Source of the DNA: Bacteroidales bacterium
GTDB lineage: Bacteria; Bacteroidota; Bacteroidia; Bacteroidales; GCA-2711565
DNA: 64,000 bases
Direction of reading: 5' to 3'
NCBI GenBank assembly: GCA_963664245.1
Contig: OY760934.1
Location: 2,300,376 to 2,364,375 of the forward strand
This document shows positions 47,956 to 58,043 of this stretch, piece after piece. The position numbers were made by a program, and so were the translations under genes. The notes beneath the pieces were generated by a model. That model was not told the DNA's origin. It searched no databases and saw only the letters and a list, made by a program, of their open reading frames with translations. Each line of letters starts with the position of its first letter. Positions within the stretch are counted from its first letter, which is position 1.

Positions 47956-49626
47956 ATGAAGTTAAAGGAAAAGACGATGAAGAGAAAATTAAATTTATTT
48001 TTTTTAGCTGTTTTTTTAATAAATGGCGCATTATTTGCAAGTGAAACGCAAATTAAAAAGGATACTTTGGTTCAGGATGTTGGACTGATTGAAGATTCGC
48101 CAATAGTTAGTATGTTAGATAGTTTATTAACCATAAAATATTTTAAAACCAGTTTTTTGGTCGAAGATTCAGCCTATCTGAATGTTTATAAATTTCCGGA
48201 AGACAGCATCCCTACCTATTCCGATTCGATCTATGAAACCCGTATTGAAATTTTAAATGCCGAAACCCCCATTGAACTTACTTTTAACAATGTTGTTAGA
48301 AATTATATTAATCTATATGGTGTTCGTAAGCGAGAGTTAACCCAAAAAATGTTGGGCCTTTCAAAAATATATTTCCCGTTTTTTGAAGAACAACTGGATC
48401 GTTTTAACCTCCCGCTGGAGTTAAAATACATGGCCATTGTAGAATCGGCTTTAAATCCTGGAGCGGGTTCCCGGGTTGGAGCCAAAGGGCTTTGGCAGTT
48501 TATGTATGGAACCGGAAAAGTATACGGTTTAAAAGTTAGCTCTTATGTTGATGACCGTTTTGATCCGATGAAATCAACCATTGCTGCTTGCCAGCACCTG
48601 TCTGATTTGTACGATATTTATAACGACTGGTCTTTAGCTTTAGCTGCATATAATTCGGGAGCGGGCAATGTAAACCGTGCCATTCGTTATGCCGGCGGAG
48701 TGAAAAATTACTGGGCCATTTGGCCGTTCTTGCCAAAAGAAACCAGGGGTTATGTTCCGGCATTTATTGCGGTGACTTACATCATGAACTTTGCTCCCGA
48801 ACATAATTTGTTTCCGTACGATCCGGGAATGTTGTATGCTGGTATTGACACCGTTACGGTTCGCGATGTTTTGTCGTTCGATCAAATACACGAAATGCTA
48901 AATATCCCGATGGAGGATATTAAATTCCTAAACCCGCAATTTAAATTGGGAATTATTCCGGCAACTAATGGTAAAAAATATAAACTTCGCATCCCCAACG
49001 AATTTGTAGCTGCTTATTTGAACAATGAAGATTCGTTGTATAATTTTAAAAGTACCAAAGGTTTAGAGCGGGATAAATTATTGGCTCAAATTAAAAAAGC
49101 AAAAGATCGCAGCATTCATATTGTTAGGTCCGGCGAAAACCTAGGATACATTGCAAAACGTTACCGTTGTTATGTAAGCCAGCTAAAACGCTGGAATAAT
49201 TTGCGGAACAACACCATTTATCCTGGGCAAAAGCTAATTGTGTACGGCGAAGCTGCCCGGTCATCGCAACCAACGAAAACCATTGCGCGATCAACCGATA
49301 AATCACACCATGTGGTTCGGTCGGGCGAAAACTTAGCTATTATTGCCAAAGCCTACAATTGTTCCGTAACCGATTTAAAAGAATGGAACAACTTAGGTAA
49401 AAGTACTATTTATCCAAACCAGAAATTAATTGTATATAAACCCCAAACTGTTGTTGATAAAAATGCGAAGTACATGTACCATACGGTTAAAAAAGGTGAT
49501 ACTTTGTGGGATATTGCCCGTTCGTACGACGGGGTAACTGTTGAACAGATTAAACAATTAAATAACATAAGAAATTCAAAACGATTAAAACCGGGTCAAA
49601 AAATCAAGGTTGCTGTAATTGGTTAA
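47956..49626 (+). CDS. lytic murein transglycosylase (MltD-like) with three LysM domains
   Basis: SLT catalytic context AIVESALNPGAGSRVGAKGLWQFM and AYNSGAGNV. Three C-terminal LysM repeats are present (H.V..GENL..IA..Y...V..L..WN). An alternative start is ATG 47977. Confidence 0.8.
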   Translation: MKLKEKTMKRKLNLFFLAVFLINGALFASETQIKKDTLVQDVGLIEDSPIVSMLDSLLTIKYFKTSFLVEDSAYLNVYKFPEDSIPTYSDSIYETRIEILNAETPIELTFNNVVRNYINLYGVRKRELTQKMLGLSKIYFPFFEEQLDRFNLPLELKYMAIVESALNPGAGSRVGAKGLWQFMYGTGKVYGLKVSSYVDDRFDPMKSTIAACQHLSDLYDIYNDWSLALAAYNSGAGNVNRAIRYAGGVKNYWAIWPFLPKETRGYVPAFIAVTYIMNFAPEHNLFPYDPGMLYAGIDTVTVRDVLSFDQIHEMLNIPMEDIKFLNPQFKLGIIPATNGKKYKLRIPNEFVAAYLNNEDSLYNFKSTKGLERDKLLAQIKKAKDRSIHIVRSGENLGYIAKRYRCYVSQLKRWNNLRNNTIYPGQKLIVYGEAARSSQPTKTIARSTDKSHHVVRSGENLAIIAKAYNCSVTDLKEWNNLGKSTIYPNQKLIVYKPQTVVDKNAKYMYHTVKKGDTLWDIARSYDGVTVEQIKQLNNIRNSKRLKPGQKIKVAVIG

Positions 49627-49647
49627 TTGGCCCTTAATTTACAACCT

Positions 49648-50664
49648 ATGAAAAAGATAAAAATATTTAGCCTGATTGTATTATTGAGCTTTTTGTTCAA
49701 TCAATCATGTAATTATTCTAAATCGACCCTGCCTTATTCATTGGGTAAAACCCTGGAGCTTGTTGTGGTAACAAATAATAAAGAACAATGGAACGGACGA
49801 ATGGGAGACGCAATTCGGGAACATTTCGAACAATTGTTTCCTGGTTTACCACAGGATGAGCCCCTGTTCCAAATTTTTTATTTGCCACAGGAAGCATTTG
49901 GAAATTTGCATAAACCCAACCATTTAATTTTTATTGGAAATATTGATTCTAAGCTTAAAGAACCTTTGGTAGAAAACAAAAAAGATTTATGGGCCAAACC
50001 CCAACGGGTGATAAAAATATCGGCACCCGATATAGAATCTTTTTTAAAGGTATTTGACGAGAAAAAAGATGGTATTACCCAGCTTTACCAAGAGCTTAGT
50101 CGCGAACGAATTATTAATTTCTTTAAAACGGCTCAGGAGCGAAAAACAATAGAAACCTTAAGAAAATCTTTCCATATAAATATGGTATTTCCGAGTGGGT
50201 TTAATGTTGCAAAACGGGTAGAAGATAATTTTATATGGATTCGTAAAGAAACCAATAGATTCAGTCAGGGGATTTTTATCTATACTTATGATTATACCAG
50301 TACCAATGCGTTTGATCTTCAGAAAATTATTGCCCGCCGAAACATATTAACTAAAACCCATGTTCCAGGTCCTTTGGACAATACCTATATGAAAGTGGCC
50401 GACGAAGTTGTGGAGCCGGTTGTCAAAAAGCTGACTTTTAATGATATGTATGCTGTTGAGGTTCGTGGATTATGGGAAGTTGAGGGCGATTTCATGGGCG
50501 GTCCATTTTTGAGCTACACTTTTGTTGATGAGAAAAACAATAAAGTTATTACACTTGATTCGTATGTTTATGCTCCGCACGATAAAAAACGTATTTACAT
50601 GAAAGAAATGGAAGCAATCATGTATTCGTTTAAACTTTTAGCACCAGAAGATACAACTAATTAA
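49648..50664 (+). CDS. DUF4837-like lipoprotein (unknown function)
   Basis: Start trimmed to ATG 49648 (MKKIKIFSLIVLLSFLFNQSC lipobox). The family name is from recollection of a Bacteroidota-specific family. Confidence 0.45.
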   Translation: MKKIKIFSLIVLLSFLFNQSCNYSKSTLPYSLGKTLELVVVTNNKEQWNGRMGDAIREHFEQLFPGLPQDEPLFQIFYLPQEAFGNLHKPNHLIFIGNIDSKLKEPLVENKKDLWAKPQRVIKISAPDIESFLKVFDEKKDGITQLYQELSRERIINFFKTAQERKTIETLRKSFHINMVFPSGFNVAKRVEDNFIWIRKETNRFSQGIFIYTYDYTSTNAFDLQKIIARRNILTKTHVPGPLDNTYMKVADEVVEPVVKKLTFNDMYAVEVRGLWEVEGDFMGGPFLSYTFVDEKNNKVITLDSYVYAPHDKKRIYMKEMEAIMYSFKLLAPEDTTN

Positions 50665-50690
50665 TTCATTTATTAACCAATACATTTTTC

Positions 50691-51146
50691 ATGAAAAACA
50701 TTAAAAAAATAATGTTAATGGTTTTTGCTGTGATTTTTATGGCACCGTTTACTTTTGGACAAAAATCAGCAGACGATATTTTAGGGGTTTGGATGAATGA
50801 GGATCAGGACGCACATATTGAAATTTTTAAACGAGGCGATAAATATTACGGGAAATTGGTGTGGTTAAAATTCCCTATTGATGAGGAAACCGGAAAACTT
50901 AAAACCGATAAAAACAATCCCGACAAAAGTTTAAAAACCCGCCCTACTTTAGGGTTGGAATTATTAACAGATTTTGTTTTTGACGGGGATGATTGTTGGG
51001 AAGATGGTGATATCTACGATCCGAAAAAAGGGAAAACATATAGCTGCTATATGAAGTTTAATGACGACGGCAAACTTAAAATTCGTGGCTATATTGGCGT
51101 TTCTTTGTTAGGAAGGACAACCTACTGGACAAACGTTAAAAATTGA
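50691..51146 (+). CDS. DUF2147 domain protein, secreted
   Basis: 151 aa with a signal peptide and the pattern GVW...D..A.IEIFK.G.KYYGK..W...........D..NPD..L..RP..G. Confidence 0.65.
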   Translation: MKNIKKIMLMVFAVIFMAPFTFGQKSADDILGVWMNEDQDAHIEIFKRGDKYYGKLVWLKFPIDEETGKLKTDKNNPDKSLKTRPTLGLELLTDFVFDGDDCWEDGDIYDPKKGKTYSCYMKFNDDGKLKIRGYIGVSLLGRTTYWTNVKN

Positions 51147-51248
51147 TTCAAGATAATAGCGATGCTTTCTGTACTATGCTTTAATCTGTCTTTTTGCTTT
51201 TAAAAAGATTAAAGAATTAGTATATTTATTTCAAATAAAAAATTTTGT

Positions 51249-52694
51249 ATGAATAACAAAATTCATGGTTGGTGGATTCTTGTTTTATTTTTCGTTGCAA
51301 TTATATGTTCATCTTGTTTGAATAATAATGGGAAGAAACTCTCGAAAAATCCTAACCAGCTCGATACCACCAATTCGGTTCTGAAAAAAATCAGAGAAAC
51401 CGGAACCCTGATTGCCTTAACCGATTATAATTCGACCAATTATTTTATTTACCGGGGCGAACCCATGGGCTACCAGTTTGATCTTTTAAAAGTTTTTGCC
51501 GACCATATCGGTGTTGATTTGGAAGTTGTAACCAGCAACGATTTGGGCGAAAGCTTTGCAAGTCTTCAAAAAGGCGAAATCGATTTGCTTGCTATCGGAC
51601 TGGCCAAAACCAGCGAACGTAAAGAAATAGTTGATTTTACAGATCCCCTGGATCAAACCCGCCAGGTTTTGGTTCAGCGTAAGCCTGAAAACTGGCGCAA
51701 AATAAAAACCATGGACGAATTAGAAACCTACCTTATTCGGAAGCCATTGGATTTGGCCGGGAAAACCGTTTATATTCAAAAAAACACTTCACATAAAACC
51801 CGTTTAGTCAATTTAATGGAAGAGATCGGGGACAGCATTAATATTGTTGAAGTTAACCGTGAGACGGAAGAATTAATTTCTGACGTGGCTTCTGGGGCGA
51901 TTGATTATACTATTAGTGATGAAAATGTAGCTCTGGTAAACAGCAAATATTACCCGGATATTGATGTAAAAACCCCTATTAGTTTTACGCAAAACTTATC
52001 CTGGGCAGTAGCCAAGGGGCAGGATAGCCTGCTTATGCTTATCAATGATTGGCTTGCGGGCTTTAAAAAATCGTATGTTGCCGGGCTTTTGTACAATAAA
52101 TATTTTGAAAATACCCGTACAATTAATTATGCCAAAAGCGAATACCATAGTATTGGGGGCGGAAAGATTTCGCGATACGATGATATTGTTAAGGAAATAA
52201 GCAAAAAATATGATTTAGATTGGCGTTTGGTTTCTTCTATTATTTACCAGGAATCGGGATTTAAACCCAATGCCCGCTCGTGGGTAGGTGCTTACGGCTT
52301 GATGCAGCTAATGCCCAAAACCGCTCAAATGTTTGGTGCCGATACGCTTTCGGGGCCTAAAGAGCAAATTGAAGCCGGTGTTAAATTTATTAAATGGCTC
52401 GATCAAAATATTCCGGAAGAAATTACTGATGCCAATGAACGGACCAAATTTGTTTTAGCAGCATATAATGTTGGATTGGCACATGTTTTTGATGCACGAC
52501 GTTTAGCTGAAAAATACAACCGGAATCCAAATATTTGGACCGGAAATGTTGATACGTTTATTCTGAAAAAATCAAATCCGAAATATTACAGAGACAGCGT
52601 TGTTCGTTACGGTTATTGTCGGGGAGAAGAACCCTATAATTTTGTAAGAGAAATCCTGGATCGTTACGAACATTACAAAAACCTGATTAAATAA
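51249..52694 (+). CDS. MltF-like protein: solute-binding-protein family 3 domain fused to an SLT lytic transglycosylase domain
   Basis: 481 aa with an N-terminal periplasmic-binding-like half and the C-terminal SLT motif IIYQESGFKPNARSWVGAYGLMQLM and AAYNVG. Confidence 0.8.
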   Translation: MNNKIHGWWILVLFFVAIICSSCLNNNGKKLSKNPNQLDTTNSVLKKIRETGTLIALTDYNSTNYFIYRGEPMGYQFDLLKVFADHIGVDLEVVTSNDLGESFASLQKGEIDLLAIGLAKTSERKEIVDFTDPLDQTRQVLVQRKPENWRKIKTMDELETYLIRKPLDLAGKTVYIQKNTSHKTRLVNLMEEIGDSINIVEVNRETEELISDVASGAIDYTISDENVALVNSKYYPDIDVKTPISFTQNLSWAVAKGQDSLLMLINDWLAGFKKSYVAGLLYNKYFENTRTINYAKSEYHSIGGGKISRYDDIVKEISKKYDLDWRLVSSIIYQESGFKPNARSWVGAYGLMQLMPKTAQMFGADTLSGPKEQIEAGVKFIKWLDQNIPEEITDANERTKFVLAAYNVGLAHVFDARRLAEKYNRNPNIWTGNVDTFILKKSNPKYYRDSVVRYGYCRGEEPYNFVREILDRYEHYKNLIK

Positions 52695-52697
52695 GTG

Positions 52698-53216
52698 TTA
52701 CATTTCAGTTTTTAGTTGTGCCAGCCATTTGTCAATGCGTTCGTTTGTTAGCTCTGGTTGTTGATCCTCATCCAGCACTAAACCATGAAAATAGCCGCTT
52801 TCTATCGCTTCTGAATCCGTAAAATTATACCCATCCACGGGCCATTTTCCAATAAGTTTGGCTCCTCTTTTTTTGAATTCATTGCGAATAACATCCATGC
52901 TGTCCACAAAGTTTTCTGGATAAAGCACCTGGTCTCCTAGCCCGTACAGGGCAATATACTTGTTTTTCAGGTTAATTTTATTCAGTTCTGAAAACAACAG
53001 GTGCCATTTATTGTTGTTTTCAACATCTTGCCAGGTTTCGGCACCAACGGTTGAGCTTCCAATAATTAAACAATCATAATTGACCAAGTCTGTTGTTTCG
53101 ATAGAAAGAATATCATAAACATCTGCTTTGGCTTTGTCAAAGCGATTGTAAATTTTCTGTGCGACTTTTTCAACATTTCCGCCTTTCGGCCAGTAAATGA
53201 TTCCCAATTTTTCCAT
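52698..53216 (-). CDS. long-chain flavodoxin
   Basis: 172 aa. The N-terminal FMN phosphate loop region (IIYWPKGGNVEKVA is an atypical variant), STVGAE, YGLGDQ and the long-chain insert are present. Confidence 0.7.
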   Translation of the reverse strand: MEKLGIIYWPKGGNVEKVAQKIYNRFDKAKADVYDILSIETTDLVNYDCLIIGSSTVGAETWQDVENNNKWHLLFSELNKINLKNKYIALYGLGDQVLYPENFVDSMDVIRNEFKKRGAKLIGKWPVDGYNFTDSEAIESGYFHGLVLDEDQQPELTNERIDKWLAQLKTEM

Positions 53217-53307
53217 AGTAAATTGAAATTTGAAAAGAAATAATTAATTCCGGTACTAAAATATATATAATAAATCTATGACGTAAGGATTTATTAATTC
53301 TTAACAA

Positions 53308-54318
53308 TTATTTTTTATGTTCTAATAAGAACCTTAGTGCCGTTTCTTTTACTGTTTTTTGAAACGGTTCAAATTTATAGTTAATGGCTAAGCAAATCTT
53401 CTCATTTGAGAAGTAATATTTTTTATTTGCCGTTCGAGCAGTTTCTCGAGTGACTAATGGGGGCTTTCGTATTATAAAGCTACGCATTTTTTCTAATCGC
53501 CAAACAATTCCACTCAAAAATTTATTTGCGAAAAATTTTGGTTTAGCAACATTAAGCTCTAGGGCAATGGTTTCAAAGCATTTTTTGTAGCTTACATTTT
53601 CTCCGTTTAATATGTAGCGTTCGTTGTTAATGTTGCTGTTCATTAGCTTAATCATGCAATGAACCACATCTTTCACCCCAACAAAACCGGTTATGCCTTT
53701 GGTATAAAATTTTAATCCGGTCCAAACTTTGGAAAAAATAGCCGAACTTCCTTCGCCCCAATGTCCCGGTCCAAAAATAATCGACGGGTTTACGATCACG
53801 GCATCCAGCCCTTCGGCGATGCCCCGCCAAACTTCCCGTTCCGATTCAAACTTGCTAATGCCATAGGCCGATTGTTTTTTAGAATAAACCCATTGCTCAT
53901 TTTCTGTAACCATGTTTTGGGTATTATCTCGTCCTATCGCAGCCACCGAGCTTACATGACAAAGCCGGGCTTTGTGTTCAATACATAGGTTGACAATATT
54001 GGCTGTTCCTTTAATATTGTTTTCAATCATCTGTTGGTGATCCTTGGGGTTAAAAGAAACAATGGCCGCTACATGATAAACCTTGTCAATACCTTTCATG
54101 GCGTCTTCCAGCGAAAAAACATCCAGAATATCGGCCTCTGTCCATTCCAGGTTCTTTAAAAGCTCATCGGGATTTTCATGGTAATAAGAAATAATTTTCC
54201 TGACCTTTTCTGTTTTGCTGTTTTTTCGTTTAATGGCACGAACATTTTCGCCCGAATTTAACAATTCGTAAATCAGGTGTGTGCCAACCAGTCCTGTTCC
54301 TCCTGTAACCAATATCAT
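53308..54318 (-). CDS. NAD-dependent epimerase/dehydratase family (extended SDR) protein
   Basis: Rossmann motif VTGGTGLVG and the catalytic YxxxK context YGISKFESE. Confidence 0.75.
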   Translation of the reverse strand: MILVTGGTGLVGTHLIYELLNSGENVRAIKRKNSKTEKVRKIISYYHENPDELLKNLEWTEADILDVFSLEDAMKGIDKVYHVAAIVSFNPKDHQQMIENNIKGTANIVNLCIEHKARLCHVSSVAAIGRDNTQNMVTENEQWVYSKKQSAYGISKFESEREVWRGIAEGLDAVIVNPSIIFGPGHWGEGSSAIFSKVWTGLKFYTKGITGFVGVKDVVHCMIKLMNSNINNERYILNGENVSYKKCFETIALELNVAKPKFFANKFLSGIVWRLEKMRSFIIRKPPLVTRETARTANKKYYFSNEKICLAINYKFEPFQKTVKETALRFLLEHKK

Positions 54319-54365
54319 GGGTTAAAGGTAAGCATTTTCAATTTTTCAAATTAATTCTTTAGTTC

Positions 54366-54373
54366 TATCTTTG
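54366..54373 (+). promoter_or_regulatory. Bacteroidota -7 promoter box TATCTTTG (tyrS)
   Basis: Matches TAnnTTTG, with 15 nt between the box and the ATG at 54389. Confidence 0.5.
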
Positions 54374-54388
54374 TGCAAAATTTACCTT

Positions 54389-55678
54389 ATGAGTTTTATT
54401 GAAGAGTTAAAATGGCGTGGAATGATCCACGATGTAATGCCTGGAACCGAAGATTTATTAGCCAAAGAAATGACCAGTGCTTATGTTGGTTTCGACCCAA
54501 CAGCCGATTCGTTGCACATTGGCCATTTGGTAAGTGTGATGATTTTAAAGCATTTCCAGGAAAGCGGCCACAAACCTTTTGCGTTAATTGGCGGTGCAAC
54601 GGGGATGATTGGTGATCCTTCCGGAAAATCGGAAGAAAGAAACCTTTTAAACGAAGAAACCCTGCGCTATAACGAAGGATGTATCAAAAAACAACTGGCA
54701 AAGTTTTTGGATTTTGATTCGGAAGAGCCCAATAAAGCCGTATTGGTAAATAATTACGACTGGATGAAAGACTATTCTTTCCTGGATTTTGCCCGTGATA
54801 TTGGCAAGCACATTACCGTTAATTACATGATGTCGAAGGATTCGGTGAAAAAACGCCTGAGTGCCGAATCGAAAGAAGGAATGTCGTTTACCGAGTTTAC
54901 GTACCAGTTAATTCAGGGCTATGATTTTCTTCACCTCTACCGAACCTATGGCCTAAAACTTCAATTGGGTGGTTCTGACCAGTGGGGAAACATTACCACC
55001 GGTTCTGAACTTATCCGGAGAATTGAAGGGGGCGAGGCTTTTGCCCTAACCTGTCCGTTGATTACCAAAGCCGATGGAACTAAATTTGGTAAAACCGAAT
55101 CGGGAAATATTTGGCTCGATCCCGAAAAAACGTCTCCTTATGCTTTTTACCAGTTTTGGATGAATGTTTCGGATGAAGATGCAGCCAGATACATCAAAAT
55201 ATTTACTCTTCTTGGTAAAGAAGAAATTGATGATTTAATTGCTAAACATGCCGAAGCACCTCATTTGCGCGAATTGCAAAAAGTATTAGCCAAAGAAATT
55301 ACTGTTCGGGCTCACTCGGAAGAAGAATACAATGCAGCTGTTGAAGCTTCCCAGATTTTGTTTGGTAAAGGAACCACCGAAAGCCTGAAAAAATTAGATG
55401 AACGTACTTTATTAAGTGTTTTTGAAGGAGTTCCTCAAAGCGAGGTAAACAAAGCGGAGATAGAAGCCGGTATGGGAATTATTCAGTTTTTGGTGGAGAA
55501 AACCAATATTTTTGCTTCTAACGGAGAAGCCCGCCGTATGCTGAAAGATAATGGGGTTTCGGTAAATAAAGAAAAAGTAAAAGATACGTACGAAGTTTCA
55601 GCCAGCGATTTGCTGAATGAAAAATACATTTTGGTTCAAAAAGGGAAAAAGAATTATTTCTTGGTGAAAGTTGTATAG
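54389..55678 (+). CDS. tyrS: tyrosine--tRNA ligase
   Basis: Start trimmed to ATG 54389. It has the class I HIGH motif (SLHIGH), the KMSKS variant KFGKT, and a C-terminal S4-like domain. Confidence 0.95.
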   Translation: MSFIEELKWRGMIHDVMPGTEDLLAKEMTSAYVGFDPTADSLHIGHLVSVMILKHFQESGHKPFALIGGATGMIGDPSGKSEERNLLNEETLRYNEGCIKKQLAKFLDFDSEEPNKAVLVNNYDWMKDYSFLDFARDIGKHITVNYMMSKDSVKKRLSAESKEGMSFTEFTYQLIQGYDFLHLYRTYGLKLQLGGSDQWGNITTGSELIRRIEGGEAFALTCPLITKADGTKFGKTESGNIWLDPEKTSPYAFYQFWMNVSDEDAARYIKIFTLLGKEEIDDLIAKHAEAPHLRELQKVLAKEITVRAHSEEEYNAAVEASQILFGKGTTESLKKLDERTLLSVFEGVPQSEVNKAEIEAGMGIIQFLVEKTNIFASNGEARRMLKDNGVSVNKEKVKDTYEVSASDLLNEKYILVQKGKKNYFLVKVV

Positions 55679-55708
55679 CTGAAACTGCTTGATATAAAAC
55701 ATAATTAC

Positions 55709-55737
55709 AAAACCCATCACTTAAGCGATGGGTTTTT
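55709..55737. terminator. bidirectional rho-independent terminator between tyrS and the 13-gene operon
   Basis: The 10-bp stem AAAACCCATC (55709-55718) pairs with GATGGGTTTT (55727-55736) across an 8-nt loop. Confidence 0.7.
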
Positions 55738-55754
55738 GTATGTTCGTTTGTTTT

Positions 55755-56198
55755 TTAATTGTAAGCCAGGCGGGTTTCTTTATCGCTCAATGTTGGCTTA
55801 ATTAATTCTTGCCATTTTTCCGATTTCCAGGTTCCCATTTTTTGGTGCGTCAAATAATATTTTTCCGGGATGGGATGTGTTCCCACCACGACTTTAACGC
55901 CAAATTTTTGTTCAATATAATTTTTGAAGTGATTAATACGGGTACATGGCGGATAACCAACCACCATTCCGGTAGCAAAATGAATCACCTCCACGCCGTT
56001 TTTTATCATTTCTTCGGGGGAGTACTCAATGTTTCCGCCGGGGCAACCTCCGCAAGTGGTATAACCGGCAATTTCAACGTCTTCATCTTTTCCGTAAATA
56101 CTAAAACCTCCTTCACGGTTTTGCAATGCCCTGAAACATTTTCCTCCGGCGCAATTGTGGTAACGGTGACAAATGACGATTCCAATCTTTTTACTCAT
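55755..56198 (-). CDS. CGGC-domain protein (Cys/His-rich, putative metal binding)
   Basis: Start trimmed to ATG 56198 (MSKKIGIVICHRYHNCAGGKC), with the CGGCPG motif. It overlaps the upstream gene by 8 nt (ATGAGTAA). Confidence 0.7.
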   Translation of the reverse strand: MSKKIGIVICHRYHNCAGGKCFRALQNREGGFSIYGKDEDVEIAGYTTCGGCPGGNIEYSPEEMIKNGVEVIHFATGMVVGYPPCTRINHFKNYIEQKFGVKVVVGTHPIPEKYYLTHQKMGTWKSEKWQELIKPTLSDKETRLAYN

Positions 56199-56859
56199 GG
56201 TTTTGTAATTTTTGATGCTCGTTAATAATATCTTTAATTTCCTGCATGCTAAAGTTATATTGTTTCCGTAAACGCCCGATGCGTTCGTCATCAGAAATAC
56301 CGGAAGGAATTCCCAGTTTCTTTTTTAATTCGCTGCACGAAATTTTGTATTCCTTTGAAATTTGACCCAGGCTCATTTGCCCGTTAATATCGATGGATGA
56401 ATAAGTATGTTCTTCATCGAGACTACCTGTTTTTTTCTCCTGAATCAGCAGATCATTATTTTTATTTCGGTAATGCGATTCGTCTTCGCCAATTTGAGGT
56501 TTTAATATAAAAGGAATCAAAACAATTAAAACCATGATGACTAAAAAAGCCCAGGCTAGCAATATCCGCAAGACTTTTGCTTTGATCCATTGGGTGTAAA
56601 TACATACGATTTGTTTCCAGTGGAGCAAAATATGTAAGATAAGCAGAACGATTAATACAATGCCTAAAATATAATGGATTTCGCCCCATTGGTGTCGGTC
56701 GAGGTTCATGAATAAAAACTCTCGGTTTTCTCCGTACAGTTCCCATTTTTCCTGACCGGTGGGCAGCATATATTTTACTAATAAACCAATACTTAAAATA
56801 ATAGCCATCACTAGTAACATGATGACATCAATAATGAAGTTTAACCTGTTTTTCCTCAT
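56191..56859 (-). CDS. DUF4405-like membrane protein (His-containing helices, possible b-type heme binding) with a soluble C-terminal tail
   Basis: 222 aa with helices carrying RHQWGEIHYILG and LHILLHWKQI. The C-terminal tail of about 70 aa is hydrophilic. Confidence 0.55.
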   Translation of the reverse strand: MRKNRLNFIIDVIMLLVMAIILSIGLLVKYMLPTGQEKWELYGENREFLFMNLDRHQWGEIHYILGIVLIVLLILHILLHWKQIVCIYTQWIKAKVLRILLAWAFLVIMVLIVLIPFILKPQIGEDESHYRNKNNDLLIQEKKTGSLDEEHTYSSIDINGQMSLGQISKEYKISCSELKKKLGIPSGISDDERIGRLRKQYNFSMQEIKDIINEHQKLQNHE

Positions 56860-56863
56860 AGCT

Positions 56864-57643
56864 TTAAATATTTATTTGGATGCCTGCCTTTATTTCGGGG
56901 CAGTTAAAGTTTTTTTGAAGTTCGGTCAACGCCTCGGATTGGGTGCAATGCGATGGGTAAATCGTGTTTATTTCTTGGCACTTTAAATATGCAATGGTTT
57001 TTTGGGTTTGTGTGTTGTTTTCTTTTAGATGCAAGCCTCCCAAAAGGGTTTTAATGGTTTGGATTCCCGTAACTTTTTTGGCGTGTTCAACAATATTGCA
57101 AATGCCCGAATGGGCGCAACCCGAAATAATTATTAATTCATTGTTTTGGATGATTGCCAGTGCTGAATCATCTAAAACATAATCCGGTTTGTTGTGTTCG
57201 TCAACAAAGGTGGTTTCTTTTGCCTCAAAGTCGTTGGTTCGGGGAATTTCTCCCAAAAAAATAATTGAATTGCTTATATTGTAAGGATTCCGGGTGTTTA
57301 CCAGTTTAAATTTTTTATTCAAATCGAGATAGCAAAGGTTTAAACCGATAAAAGAATGATCGGAATTACGGTAGCGTTTAATGAATGAATAAGGATGGCA
57401 GATTAAGGTTTTGTTGTTTAAAAATTTTAAGCCGTTTCCGTGATCCCAATGCCCGTGGCTTAGCACAATGGTTTCAACTTTTTCTAAATCGACATTGAGT
57501 TTTTTTGCGTTTTCCAGAAACAGCTTGGAGTGTCCGGCATCAAGCAATAAGCTTGTGCCTTCGTGTTCGATATAAAAAGATAAGCCGTGTTCGGCACCAA
57601 AGCCTTTTAAAGCCTGGTTGTCGGTTAAAACTGATAGTTTCAT
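56864..57643 (-). CDS. MBL-fold metallo-hydrolase (COG1237/MJ0301-like subgroup by appearance)
   Basis: 259 aa with HGHWDH and an N-terminal LSVLTDNQA...AEHGLSFYIE pattern. Confidence 0.75.
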   Translation of the reverse strand: MKLSVLTDNQALKGFGAEHGLSFYIEHEGTSLLLDAGHSKLFLENAKKLNVDLEKVETIVLSHGHWDHGNGLKFLNNKTLICHPYSFIKRYRNSDHSFIGLNLCYLDLNKKFKLVNTRNPYNISNSIIFLGEIPRTNDFEAKETTFVDEHNKPDYVLDDSALAIIQNNELIIISGCAHSGICNIVEHAKKVTGIQTIKTLLGGLHLKENNTQTQKTIAYLKCQEINTIYPSHCTQSEALTELQKNFNCPEIKAGIQINI

Positions 57644-58026
57644 TGCTTGCTGTTTTTTAGTTCAAACAAATTTCCGCTTTGGTCTTTTAGAAAAATTAAA
57701 TCATGGGTGCTATTTCGTTGTATTTGTATGATTTCGTAATGTCTCTTTTTTGCTTTGTTAAGAATTATTTCCAGGTTTGTGAATGACAAACACAGATGAT
57801 TACAATTCACCTGTGTTTGTTTATCTGTCAAAAATAGTTCAAAATAAAATTCATCGCTTTGTAATAAAAACACATTGACTTCTTTCTTGATATTAAAAAT
57901 TCTCAAGGCCAACTCTGACGAGAGTATAAAATTTCGAGTGTTATTCATTCCCAAAATATCAATGTAAAAATTTTGGATGTCCTCAAGGTGTGTAATCGTT
58001 ATTGCAATATGTTCTAATTTCATCAA
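57640..58026 (-). CDS. VOC (glyoxalase/bleomycin-resistance/dioxygenase fold) family protein
   Basis: 128 aa with an N-terminal LEHIAITITHLEDIQNFYIDILGM pattern. It overlaps the MBL gene by 4 nt. Confidence 0.55.
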   Translation of the reverse strand: MMKLEHIAITITHLEDIQNFYIDILGMNNTRNFILSSELALRIFNIKKEVNVFLLQSDEFYFELFLTDKQTQVNCNHLCLSFTNLEIILNKAKKRHYEIIQIQRNSTHDLIFLKDQSGNLFELKNSKQ

Positions 58027-58043
58027 AAAAATGAATAATGGAT

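Noticed and set aside
51179-51214. 9-bp stem (CTTTAATCT / AGATTAAAG) after the DUF2147 gene as a terminator
   Set aside because: It has an 18-nt loop, an AT-only stem and no trailing T-run, so it is not convincing as an intrinsic terminator.
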